Source: the human T2T-CHM13v2.0 reference genome, Homo sapiens. From it: a stretch of DNA of 64,000 bases. The position numbers were made by a program, and so were the translations under genes. This document shows, piece after piece, positions 1 through 13,599 of the stretch. The notes below the pieces were generated by a model. It was not told the origin of the DNA, searched no databases, and saw only the letters and a list, made by a program, of their open reading frames with translations. The DNA is taken from the NCBI RefSeq assembly GCF_009914755.1, contig NC_060931.1; one strand, given 5' to 3'. Within the stretch, counting starts at the first letter, position 1. The number at the start of each line of letters is the position of its first letter.

Positions 1-2142
1 TCCCTTCTAGTATCTTGGCCACATCTTGGCCACTTTAAAATTATTTCTATTTATTGTTAATCAGATAATATTTAAAAAATTTAATTTAGAAGAGTTTTCT
101 TTATATATTCTGCTTTTAAAAATTATTAATTTAGAGGAGTTCTTTATGTATTCTGGATATAATTCCTTTGCCAGATATGTTTGTTACAAACATTTTTCCC
201 AGCATATGCTTTAGAACTTCATTTCCTTAATATAATATTTTGATATGCAAAAATTTTAAATTTTGCTGAGGTCTTTTGTATCCATTTTTATGTTTTATAC
301 TTAGTATTGTATCATACTTTCTAGTAAATCTTTGCCACAGGTCACAAAGATATTGTCTTATGTTTTCTTTTGGACATTTTATTGTTTTAGCTTTTACCTT
401 TAGGTCGATGATGGTTCTTAAATTAATTTTTGTGTATGGAATGAGGTAGTGGTAAACATTATTTTTTAAACATATGGATAACCAGCTGTTTTGGCAATAT
501 TTTCTGAAGAGATTATTTTCTTTTTGTTCATTAAATTAAATTAGCATTCTTGGTAGAAAAACAATTGTCCATATATGTATAGGCATATTTATGGGTCCTC
601 TATTCTGTTTCACTAATTAATTTATCTATTCTTATATGATATCACACTGTCTTGGTTGCAATAGCTGTGTATTAATTCTTGAAATCAAGTGGCGTAAGTA
701 CTCCAACTTTGTTACTCATTTTGAAAGATTATTTTAACTATTCTAGGTCTTTTGTGTTTGCACATGAATTTTAGAATGATTGTGGAATTCTTTTAAAAAA
801 ACATACTGCTTGGATTTTGATTGGAATTTCACTGGATCTGTATATTTGGGGCAATGCCATCCAAGAATAGAATATAACTTGTATTTATTGGGTCTTCTTT
901 AATAGAGTTCACCAATAGGTTGTGCAAACATTTTTTTTTCAATTTATTCCTAGATAACAACTAATTTTTTTATGCTATTGTAAATACTATTGTTATTATT
1001 TTTCAATTTTTTAACAAAATTTTTTACTAGTTTGTAGAAATTTAGTTTTGTATATTGATGTTATATTTTGCAACCTTGCTAAATATACTCATTATTTATA
1101 GATTTTTTTAGATATAATTGCTTACTACATACACAATTATGCCATCTGAAAATAATGAAAAGTTTAATTCTTCTTTTCCAATCTTATCTTTTTTCCTCCT
1201 GTTTCTTTTCTTTTTTCTTTTTTTTTGCCTTACAGTATTAGCTAGGAAAGTCTTTATCATGAGTAGATGCTGAGTTTTATCATATGCTTCTTTTCTGCAT
1301 CTGTTGACACGGTCACATAATTTTTATCCTTTATTCTGGTAATGTGAATTATGCTGGTTGACATTTTTTAATGGTAATCCAACTTTGAAATAAAATCATT
1401 TGGTCAACATGTATTAGTCTTTTAACATATCACTAGACTTTATTTGCTAGTAATTTCTTAAGGGTTTTCCCATAATCGTTCCTTGTGAATACTGATCTAT
1501 AATTTTCTATTGTAATGTCTTTGTCAGGTTTTAGTAACATGATTATGCTCACATGAGGAGTTGGGAAGTGTTCTGACCTCCTCTATTTTGTGAAGGCATT
1601 TATATTGGTATTACTTCTTTCTTAAATGTTTGATAGAATTTACTACTGAAGCCATCTGGCCCTGGAGTTTTATTTGTAGAAACGTTTTTGGTAACAAGTG
1701 CATTTATTTAATAGAAATAGGAGATTCTGATTTTCTATTTCATTTTGGTTCCATTTTGGTAAGTTGTTTTCAACAAGTTGCATTTTTCAAGAAATGCATC
1801 CATTTCATTTGTCAGATGTATCCATATAAAGTTGTTCATACTATTCTCTTATTACCCTTTAATGTACATAGAATCATAATGACATCTCTTTTTAAGTTCC
1901 TGATGTTGCTAAATTATGTTTTCTTTAAAAATAAAAGGTCTTGCTAGGAGAGTTATTTTATTAATTTGTTCAAAGAACCAGCTTTTTAAATTGTCAATTT
2001 TCTTTATTGTTTATTCACTTTTTCTTCTTTCCACTTTGGGCTTAATTTGCTCTCTTTTTTTCCTTCCTGAAGTAGAAACTTAGATCATTGATTTAACACT
2101 TTTTTCTAATATAGGCCTTTGAAGTTTTAAAAATCCCTCTTA

Positions 2143-2453
2143 GGGTGGGCACGGTGGCTCACACCTGTAATCCCAGCACTTTGGGAGGCCGAGGCAGGTG
2201 GATTACTTGAGGTCAGGAGTTTTGAGAGCAACCTGACCAACATGGTGAAACCCTGTCTCTACTAAAAATGCAAAAAATTAGCCAGGTGTGGTGGCCGGCG
2301 CCTATAATCCCAGCTACTCGGGAGGCTTAGGCAGGAGAATCGCTTCAACTCCAGAGGCGGAGGTTAAAGTGAGCCAAGATCGCGCCATTGCACTCCAGCC
2401 TGGGCAACAAGAGCGAAACCCTGTCTCAAAAAAAAGAAAAAAAAGAGAGAGAG
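2143..2453 (+). mobile_element. AluS (Sq/Sp-like), full length
   Basis: Alu dimer; TSD aaatccctctta at 2131-2142 and 2454-2465. Confidence 0.95.
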
Positions 2454-2923
2454 AAATCCCTCTTAGTACTGCTTTTACTATATTCCACAAATTTTGCAAT
2501 AGACTATTATTATTCTGTTCAAAATATTTTCTAATTTCCATTGTGGTATATTATTTGACCTATGAGATTTTCAGAAGTGTTTTGTTTAACTTCCAAGTAT
2601 TTGGAAAGTTTTCCAGAAAACTTTGTTTTCATTTCTAGTTTGATTCTGCTTAGTGAGAAAACATATATAATATGAAATAACCTGTATTTCAAATGCTTTT
2701 AAATTTATTAAGATTTCTTTTATGACTTAGCATATGGTCAACTTGCTAAATATTCCATGCGTACTTAAATAGAACATGAATTCTTCAGATCTTATGTGGT
2801 TCTATAAACTTTTTTTATTTTCTATGCATTCTGTCAATTATTGAGAAGGTGATGTTAAAATACAAACTACAGTTGTGAATTTGTCTATTTGATCTTTTAG
2901 TTCTCTCCATTTTTCATTCATAC

Positions 2924-3253
<330 letters not shown>

Positions 3254-3423
3254 TAGAGACATACTTATTAGGTTATTATATCTTTCTGATAAGTTTATTA
3301 TTATTATGAAATCACCCTCTGGTGTCCTTTCATTTCAGCCTGAAGGACTCGCTCTAGCATTTATTGTAGCACAGGTTAGGGAAAAGTTTGTTTATGCTTA
3401 TCTGGGGATATCGTAATTTCTTC

Positions 3424-3715
<292 letters not shown>

Positions 3716-4473
3716 TTCTTCATTTTTGAGGAACGGTTTTATCAGTTTTCATTGACAGGTTTTTTTTTTTTTTTTTTTTTTTGGAGTACTTTGAATATCT
3801 CATCCCATTGCCTTCCGGCCTCAATGATTTCTGACTAAACCAACTATTAATCTTATTGAGGATCCCTTGTATGTGATGAGTTGCTTCTCTCTTGCTGCCT
3901 TTTCCCCAATCTTTATGCTTTTCTTTTACATATCTTATTGTATTGGCTAGGATGCCATCTTTCACATGATGTATGATATAAGCTATAGGCTTTATCAGGT
4001 AAAGTTTCCTTTCATTCCTAGTTTGTGAGACTTTACAAAAAAATGAATGTTGAATGTTGTCAAATATCTTTTCTGAGTTCAATTTAAATAATCATGATTT
4101 TCTTTTTAATTAGTGTAATATAACAATTGTTTTTGAGTGTATGTTTACTGTCCTGCAACGAACCCATTGGTCATAATGGATTGATTATCCCCTTTTTATA
4201 ACGTTGAGCTCAAATTGCCAAATTTTAAAAAGGATATTTCTATCTCTTTCTACAAAGGGATATTGTTTTAGAGTTTTGTTTTGTTTTCCTTGCAATGTCT
4301 TTATATGATTTTGATACTGTGGCAATGCTGTCCTCATAAAATGAATTAGGGAAGTAATCCCTTGCCTTCCATTTTCTCTAAGATTTTTGCAGAATTTTCA
4401 TTATTTATTCTTAAAATATTTGGTAGAAATCAATAGTGAAGTCACCTAGGCTTGGATTTTTCTCTGGGGTATA

Positions 4474-4771
4474 GGCCAGGCGCGGTGGCTCACACCTGTA
4501 ATTCCAGCACTTTAGGAGGCCGAGGCGGGTGGATCACGAGGTCAGGAGTTCAAGACCAGCCTGGCCAAGATGGTAAAACCCCGTCTCTACTAAAAATACA
4601 AAAATTAACCGGGTGTGGTGGTGGGTGCCTGCAATCCCAGCTACTCGGGAGGCTGAGGCAGAGAATTGCTTGAACCCAAGAAGCAGAGGTTGCAGTGAGC
4701 CAAGATCGCACCACTGCACTCCAGCCTCGGCGACAGAGTAAGACTCTGTCTCAAAAAAAAAAAAAAAAAAA
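4474..4771 (+). mobile_element. AluS (Sg-like)
   Basis: ggccaggcgcggtggctcac...gtctc plus poly-A. Confidence 0.95.
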
Positions 4772-5098
4772 GATTTTTAAGCTAAGAATTCAAGTAGTTA
4801 AATACAAGCATTCACATTGTTTCTTTCTTCTTCAGTGACTTTGGTAGGATATATCTTTCAAGGAATCTATTTCATCCATGTTGTTTCATTTATTGGCATA
4901 AATTTGTGCATAACATTCTATAACATCCTCTTATCATCACTTTACAATCTGTAGACTCTGTACTGCTGTCCCTGCTTTAATTCCTGATAATGATTATGTG
5001 GGTTTTTTCCCTCCTTTTCTGATTTTTATTTGCCAATTTTATTGATCTTTTCAAAGAATTGGATTTTTGATTTTATTGTTTCTTATTTTCCTGCTTTC

Positions 5099-5278
5099 TT
5101 TTTTTTTAATTTTATTATTATTATACTTTAAGTTTTAGGGTACGTATACACAATGTGCAGGTTTGTTACATATGTATACATGTGCCATGTTGGTGTGCTG
5201 CACCCACTAACTCGTCTTTTAGCATTAGGTATATCTCCTAATGCTATCCCTCCCCCCTCCCCACACCCCACAACAGTC
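5099..5278 (-). mobile_element. 5'-truncated L1PA 3' end
   Basis: ttattatactttaagttttagggtac...atgctatccctccccc is the canonical L1PA 3' UTR in antisense. Confidence 0.9.
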
Positions 5279-5848
5279 TCGTTGACTTCTGCTTTTCATT
5301 ATTTTTTATCTTTTGCATCTTTGGGGTTTAACTTGCTCTTCTTTTTCTAGTTTGTTAAGGTGAAAAATTAGACAATTGATTTGAGACCTTCCATCTTTCT
5401 AATGTAAGCAGTTAATGGTATACATTTCTCTCTAAACACTACTGTAACTTCATTGCATATATTTTTATATGTTGTGTTTTCATTTTCATTCAGTTCAGAA
5501 TACTTCCAAATATTTCTTGTGGTTTCTTATTTTCCCTATAGGTTGTATAGAAGTATATGGTTTATTCTTCAAATATACGGAGAATTTCCAAAGATCTTTC
5601 AGTTATTTATTTCCAGTTTGATTCTGTTATAGTCAGAGAATATAATGTATATAATTCCAATCTTTTTAAGTTTATTGAGACTAGTTTTATGGCCCATATT
5701 ATAGATTACCTTGGTGAAATTTTACTTGTACTTAAGAAGAATGTGTATTTTGCTGTTGTAGGGTGGAGTGTTCTAAAAATATGAATTAGGTCTATTATTT
5801 GATAAATGTGTTCAAATCTTCTATATATGTACTGATTTTCTGCCTACC

Positions 5849-5980
5849 TTTTTTTTCTTTTTGTGGACACAGGGTCTTGCTATGTTGCCAGGCTGGTCTC
5901 AAAATTCCTGGACTCAAGCAATCCTCCTATGTTGGCCTCCCAAAGTGCTGGGATTACAGACATGAGCCACTGTGCCCAGC
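5849..5980 (-). mobile_element. FLAM/AluJ left-monomer fragment
   Basis: agggtcttgctatgttgcc...gagccactgtgcccagc. Confidence 0.9.
5873..5965 (+). CDS. DYNC1I1: Probable Alu-derived alternative terminal coding exon of the convergent neighbour DYNC1I1 ([30 protein letters not shown])
   Basis: Polypyrimidine tract (Alu tail, 5841-5862) plus acacag| acceptor; 30 codons to TGA. The peptide matches my recollection of a DYNC1I1 isoform C-terminus. Upstream exons are outside the window, so not verifiable here. Confidence 0.6.
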   Translation, partial: GLAMLPGWSQNSWTQAILLCWPPKVLGLQT

Positions 5981-7732
5981 TATGCCTGCTTGTTATATCA
6001 GCTACTGAGAGACGAGTACCAAAATCTGGAAGTATAATTGTGGATATCTTTTAGTTCTTTCAGTTCTATCAGCTTTTGTTTTCTGTATCCAAAGCTTTGT
6101 TATTAGGTGCCTACATATTGAGGATTTCATGTGTTTGCGATGAACTGACCCTTTTATCAATATGAAATGTTGCTGTTTATTCCTAGTAATAATCCTTTTT
6201 CTTAAATCTACTTTGACTGATATCAGTATTGCCAGCTCCAGCTTTTTATTCATAATTTTGTGATTAGATAGTATAGCTTTTTCCATCAATTTACTTTCAA
6301 CTTATCTGTGTCTTTACATTTAAAGTTGGTTGCTTTAGGTAGCATATAGTTGTGTCTTACATTTTAAAATTTAATTTGATAATCTTTTCTTTTAATTAGG
6401 GTGTTTAGGCCATTTATATTCAATGTAATTATCAATATGGTAAGGTACATCTACTGTCTTGGTCTTTTTTATTTGCCCTATCTGTTCTTTGTTCTTTTTA
6501 CCTCTTTCCCTGTCTTCACTTGGATTTTTATTTTTAAGATTTCCATTTTTCCCCACTAATGTCTTATTAGCCAAATCTGTTTTATTTATTTTGTATTCTT
6601 ATCATTACTAGCATTTGCTCTAGGGGTTTACAATATATATTTTCTACTTATAACACTTTACCTTAAGATAATAGTATACCACTTCATGTATAGTATAAGA
6701 ACATTTTCATATTATGCTTCCATTTCCCTCTCTTCTTCTTTGTGCTATTGTTGTGCATTTTACTACATAGGGTATAAACCTCACAATATATAATCATTGA
6801 TTTTGCTTTAAAGAGTCAATTATTTGTTTAAAGAAATTCCAAAATTAATTTAAAAAGTTGTTTTAAAAATGTACCCATTCTTTCCCATTGTATCATTCTT
6901 CGTTTCTTTGTATAGATCTATATTTACATCTGGTATTATTTCCTTCTGCCTAATGAACTATAGTTAACAGTTCTTTAATTTATCAGCAATGTGAATTCTC
7001 TTTTTTCTGTCTTATTTTGCTTTCATTTAAGAAAGATATTTTTACTAGGTATGTATCTCTTCGTTGACATTGTTTTTTCCATTTCTTAAAGATATCACCC
7101 CATTGTTTTCTGCCTTGTATACTTTCCCACTAAAAATCTTCTCCTATCATCTTTCTCTGGAGGTTTATAGGTCCTTTCTCCTCTGGCTACTTTTAAGATG
7201 TTCTGTTTATCACTGGCTTTCATCACTTTCATTATGATGTACTTTGGTGGAGTTTTCTTTAGGTTTGTTTTTCTTGGGGTGCAATGAGGTTCATAGATTT
7301 GTATGTATATAGTTTTTCTTAAATTTGGAAATATTTCAGGTATTACTTCTTTAAATATTTTTTTCTGTTCTTTTTTCTGGGTCACAGACACACATTACTG
7401 CTTTATATTGTCCTTACATTTTTTAAAGATTTTTTTTCTTTTTCTGCTTCATTTTGCAAAATTTCCTATGCTGTGCCTTCAAGTTTACTAATCTTCATTT
7501 CTGCAGTGTCTACTATATTCTCACTCAGTTTTCATCTCAGAGATTGTAAATTTCCTTTATGTCTTTTATATCTTTCATTTATCTACATACCACATTTTCC
7601 CCTACCTTCTTGACTATATGGATTATTTATAATTGCTGTCCTAATGGTCTTGATGCTGGTTCCATCACATTTGATTTTGGGGTCTGTTTCTATTGGTTGG
7701 TTTTTCACTTTGCTACAGTTCATATTTTCTAT

Positions 7733-8087
<355 letters not shown>

Positions 8088-8779
8088 TGAATAGTGATTT
8101 TTGTTGTTGTTGTTGTTGTTAGATCCTGGACATTGTAAATCTGGCATTGTATGTTATGCAATTTTGTTGTATTCTTTTAAATAGTACTGAATTTTGTTCT
8201 GACAGTTAAGCTACTTGGAATGAGTTGGATCCTGTCAAGTCTTGTTTTTAAGCTTTAAGAGCAGAGTCACTTTTATTTTAGGATGAATTTAGCCTTATTT
8301 ATATTGTGACACTCTTCTGAAGATTATTCCTGATGTTCTATGTATTATGAGGACCTTGCACTCTAGCTGGTTCAAATACAAACTATTTCCCCTTTGTGAG
8401 CTCCAGAATTTTTCTGCTTCTGTCTCTCTAGTGATTCTTTCCCAAATTTTAGATAGTTTCCTTTTACAAATGAATAGATCAATATTTGGCCAAAGAGTTG
8501 AGAACTTTGCAAAACTCCAGAGCTAGAAGCAGCTCTCTTCTGTTCAGTATTTTGTCTTACAAATTCTAACAGTCATGGTCTTCCTCCTCTCTGATGTCCA
8601 TCTTTTTAATTTGGGGAGATTGCTGCTGGGCTGTTTGGGTTCTCCTTCTCTGCACAATAGTTGGAAACTGCTTCCTGGCAGTAAGCTGGGACAATGGTAG
8701 GTCTTACCTCTTTCCTTTCTCTTGGAGTTCACAGTCTTATTTTGCCTCATATCCAGTGATTGAAAACATTGTATTACGG

Positions 8780-8922
8780 GGCCAGGTGTAGTGGCTCAGG
8801 CCTGTAATTCCATCACTTTGGGAGGTTGAAGTGGGAGGACTCTCTGTGCTCAAGAGTTCAAGACCAGCCTGGGCAACATGGCGAGACCCCATCTCTAAAA
8901 AAAAAAGAAAAAAGAAAAAAAA
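8780..8922 (+). mobile_element. FLAM (Alu monomer)
   Basis: ggccaggtgtagtggctc...catctct plus A tail. Confidence 0.85.
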
Positions 8923-9040
8923 TTATATTGTATACTTTTGTGCAGTTTTCTATGTATTGTATTGCACATTTTTGTCCAGTTTTCTAGTTTTCTTCACGAT
9001 TCCATCATGGCCAGATGCAGAAATCTCCCAAAGGTGTGTG

Positions 9041-9097
9041 TATATGTGTATATATATATATGTATGTATATATATATATATACATACATATATATAT

Positions 9098-9140
<43 letters not shown>
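9041..9140. repeat. (TA)n/(TACA)n microsatellite at an Alu tail
   Basis: Direct read. Confidence 0.97.
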
Positions 9141-9141
<1 letters not shown>

Positions 9142-9142
9142 C

Positions 9143-9433
9143 TTTTTTTTTTTTTTTTGAGATGAAGTCTTACTCTTGTCACACAGGCTGGAGTGCAATG
9201 GTGCAATCTTGGCTCACTGCAACCTCCACCTCCCAGTTATTTTCCTGCCCCAGCCTCCCAAGTAGCTGGGATTATAGGTGCCTGCCAACAAGCCCAGCTA
9301 ATTTTTGTATTTTTAGTAGAGACAGGGTTGCACCATGCTGGCCAGGCTGGCCTCGAACTCCTGACCTCAGGTGATCCACCCGCCTCGGCCTCCTAACGTA
9401 CTGGGATTACAGGCATGAGCCACTGCGTCCAGC
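9143..9433 (-). mobile_element. AluS
   Basis: Antisense dimer. Confidence 0.93.
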
Positions 9434-9446
9434 ATCCCAAAGGTAT

Positions 9447-9448
<2 letters not shown>

Positions 9449-9479
<31 letters not shown>

Positions 9480-9763
9480 TGAGATGGAGTCTAGCCTTGT
9501 TGCCCAGGCTGGAGTGAGGTGGCATGATATCGGCTCACTGCAAGCTCTGCCTCCTGGGTTCACACCATTCTCCTGCCCCAGCCCCCCGAGTAGCTGGGAC
9601 TACAGGTGCCCACCACCATGCCCGGCTAATTTTTTTTGTATTTTTAGTAGAGACGGGGTTTCACCGTCTTAGCCAGGATGGTCTCGATCTGCTGACCTCG
9701 TGATCCACCTGCCTCGACCTCCCAAAGTGCTGGGATTACAGGCATGAGCCACCGCGCCCGGCC
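9449..9763 (-). mobile_element. AluY-like
   Basis: Antisense dimer with AluY-type gcaagctc / ttcacaccattctc / gatggtctcgatct. Confidence 0.9.
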
Positions 9764-10088
9764 TCAAAGGTGTAATTTTTAAGGCAGAAAGATGTAAACT
9801 AGAATTGGATGCCAATAGAGGCCAAAGCATTTCTTTAATATTTACTTTGGGGCTTTGAAGGTACATTGCTGTTTTTTTAAAATTTATTTTGAAACAGTTT
9901 TGAAATAAAAGATGGCAGTTATAACTTTTAACTTATGCCAAATGCCATTATCATTTTTAATAATTTAGCCAGATATGTGTAGTATCAGAAAGCTTAGTCA
10001 TTAAAACCAAATAAAGACACTTTCTAAATTGAATAAAAGGAAAGAATGACATGCTTAATTTCAAGTACCAAAGAGACAGAATAGTCAG

Positions 10089-10427
10089 TGATATGGTTTG
10101 GCTGTGTCCCCACCCAAATCTCATCTTGAATTGTAGCTCCCATAATCCCCGTGGGTTGTGGGAGGGAGCCAGCGGGAAGTAACTGAATCATGGGGGCGGG
10201 TTTTCCTATGCTATTCTCGAGGCAGTGAATAAGTCTCACGAGATCTGATGGTTTTATATAGGGCAGTTCCCCTGCATGCACTCTCTTGCCTGCCTCCATG
10301 TAAGACGTGCCTTTGCTCCTCCTTTGCCTTCTGTCATGAGGAACTGTGAGTCCATGAAACCTCTTTTTCTTTATAATTACCCAGTCTCAGGTATTTCTTC
10401 ATAGCTGTATGAAAATGGACTAATACA
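10089..10427 (+). mobile_element. THE1 (MaLR) solo LTR
   Basis: Begins tgatatggtttggctgtgtccccacccaaatctc and ends aaatggactaataca (TG...CA). Confidence 0.92.
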
Positions 10428-11744
10428 GTTGGTTTCTCTACGTGCACTCTCACATGGGCAAACTGTTTTAAAAAAAAAATAATAATCACCTACTTTATAA
10501 GTAGCAGTCAAAGGGTAAGTCGAAATTTCAGGTTAAGTATGACCTGCTTCTTTGATTAGGAAGAATGAGGTACATGTACTGCATAGTGGGGAGGAAAAAG
10601 GCTGAGACTGAAAATCTAGAGAAATCTCCACTTTTCATAGCAAAAAAGAAAAAAATATTCAATAAACAGTGGCTTCACTTCTGTCTTCAGAAGAAAAACA
10701 AATGCCTGCTTCAATTTTCTTTATCCCCACTTTTTAATTTTTCTGATTTTACTGTAACAGGTAAGCCTTTTTATAGCAGTGGAGCTAGCCCGAATGAAGA
10801 GTTTATTATAAAAAATAGCCTCTTACATTAAGCAGCTAATTATCAGGAGACATACATTTTCAAATTGATAAAGCATGTCTTACTACTTAGAATTTATGTA
10901 AGTAAATTCTGCTTCAAAACAGAAATTCACATTCTGAAATATACTACTCTTTTGAGAATAGAGGAAGAATTTTACATTTTAATGTTTTTATTTTTATTTT
11001 GCCCAGGAAGAATATGCTGTGAATATTTGGTGCGGGTCTTTCAGTTATCTTTTCTCCTTCATGTAATAGGGTCAGAGAGCTGCCAAAATGCAGTGGTAGG
11101 TATCCTCTCCTTTCACTTTAGGGGTAGCAGAAAACTTGGGAATACAGTAAGACTTGTCCACCATTAGTGGTGATGGGGATTTCATGTCCAAAAGTAATTC
11201 CAGCAAATCCCACATTCTGTAAACTGTCTCCATTCCCTCCAGACACACTTTGAGGCCAAGTACCCATAGATATTTACTTTTAACTTGGTTTTCCATTATT
11301 TCCAACTTTTGTTGAGCAACGGCATTTTCTAATTATAGAAGAGATTTTTAAGATGGTCCAATTCAGTTTGCATCATATCACGTTACACTGTAACAGTTTG
11401 TAAATTTACCTCCACTTTTTCCACATTACCTTCCAATTTTACACCCGTGGGGCAAATGCTTCAAGTTTACCTTAATCCTTTCTTTACTGACTTTAATAGA
11501 CTGTAAAATAGTTTTAAGAGGAATCTCAAAAGGCTTGTCAGGCTTCACCTGGTCCTCAGGCCCTGGAATTCTTTGAGGTAGCAAATGCACTTACTATGGT
11601 AAGTAAACAGAGACCACCCTTCCCTTCTACTCTAAGCTAGAATGATACATCTGATACTGAGAATAGAGACAGTAAGAAATCCTGGGCAAAGACTATCATA
11701 AGAATTTTTGATATAGTTTGTTGAGAAACCTTCGAGGGAGGACA

Positions 11745-11935
11745 GAATGCCATGAGACTTGGACTCAAATCTGAACTCCATCACTTGCTAGCTCAGAGAC
11801 TGTGGGCAAGAAGATGAACCCGTCTTGGTTTCCTCATTTGTAACACAGGGAAAAGAACAGTACCTACCTTGAGGGTGATAAAGACGATTACCTTAGACAT
11901 CATGCCTGGCACATAATAGCTCATATTTAATGAGT
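11745..11935 (+). mobile_element. MIR
   Basis: MIR core (tttcctcatttgtaa...tacctacct) and tail (gcctggcacata). Confidence 0.7.
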
Positions 11936-12945
11936 CCTTATTGGCCACAGAAATCTGGGATTGAATTATGTGCTCCTTTCTCATTTGAATGCTGCCCAAT
12001 AAGAGACCAGGGCAAGAGCTGGGATAAGTAGCTAGGGATGGTGGAGGAGAATGACAGAAGATAACAAATAATGTTTTCAGTTCTTTTCATCAAGCTGTAT
12101 TTCCCTTTCCCCATCTTATAGAATAGACTGTAGCACATTTGCACTAGTCTGTTCTGGGATCTTGAGTTCACTTTAAAATCACTTAAAGAAATGCTCCACT
12201 GCAAAATGGAGCATCCTCTGAAGGGCCGAAGCCCTGTCCAAAGCAGCGGTAGGCACTGGAGCCTTAGTGGCCAGACCAGTGTGCTGGGGGTGTGTCTGTG
12301 ACCCAGGAGAAGTGAGGCTCAGAAAAGCACAATTACTGCGTCTTCTTAATTTTCCTTCTAAAGTTATTCGACGGGACTGTGGTTTTGCTTTGAGCAAAAC
12401 CCGCTTAACGGCTGGAAATCTAAAAGCAAACAACATTATTTTATTAGGTTACCCTAGCAGATGAAAGCAGAGTGTTCCATTTGGACTCTTTTTGGAGTCA
12501 ATTAATGCATTAGCTAAAAACAAACCCTTTTAAAAGAGAGTTCCTGTTGTCTTCAGCAGCTTCGAAGGGAAAGCTTCAGAAACAAGAGAGGTGAGCTGTA
12601 AACAAGTAATACATTCATTGATAAGAACAACTATTGTACTAATACATTTCAACTCGTGTTAGAATGTAAAACTCATCTCAGAGGATGATTTTTTTAAAGT
12701 TTTATTTTTAACCAAGACCAGGGAATTTAAATTTATCATATAGTTTATGTGACAATGCCTGACTCAACTAAAGTCAATTTTAAATAGCTTTAGTTGTTTT
12801 AATAAAATATTTATTTATGACTTGTAAAGTAAGTGATCAGTACATAAAACTGTGATTGTTTTCAGTTATGGTTTTAACTCCAGCAATAGAAAAGGCCTAT
12901 AAAGTAGGACAATAATGGAGATCACTCATTTGGGAAAAAAATACG

Positions 12946-13149
12946 AATAGTTTATTTCCACCCTCACAAACTCATGTGCCTCTGACCATTATGCAAGGCA
13001 CCATGAAATTAAATACTTATGTCAGAATATATTTGTCTTCCATGATTCAAGATAAAGTGAATTTTAAAAGCAAATGGGTGCCAATGATGGGGAGATGAGG
13101 GGAATAGGGCAGGCAGCAACAGGGTAACATGCATTTTTCAAGAGTGTTT
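12946..13149 (-). repeat. Direct-orientation duplicate of SLC25A13 3' UTR end (16107-16309)
   Basis: Hand alignment: 12 substitutions and 1 indel over 204 nt; retains AATAAA at 12951-12956. Confidence 0.95.
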
Positions 13150-13292
13150 CTCAAAAATTCATCCATTCATCCATCCTTCAAAATAATAACTAGGAGCCTC
13201 TACTAAGAGAATCAGAGACACAATCCCAACCATCATGGATCCCGATCTGGACTTTCAAGCTGAAGACTGCCACTGTTTTAAGAGACGGAGGT

Positions 13293-13599
<307 letters not shown>

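Noticed and set aside
6002-7391. ORFs resembling L1 ORF2 endonuclease and ORF1p
   Set aside because: Degenerate L1M fossil with stops and frameshifts; no intact element or domesticated gene.
8831-9374. Several 70-119 aa ORFs rich in YI repeats
   Set aside because: Translations of the (TA)n microsatellite and adjacent Alus; not genes.
12191-12214. Inverted repeat ATGCTCCA-N8-TGGAGCAT
   Set aside because: An 8-bp stem is expected by chance at this window size and is too short for a pre-miRNA.
12946-13149. Possible processed pseudogene (retrocopy) of the SLC25A13 3' end
   Set aside because: No poly(A) tail or TSD, and homology continues past the cleavage site; treated as a DNA duplication.
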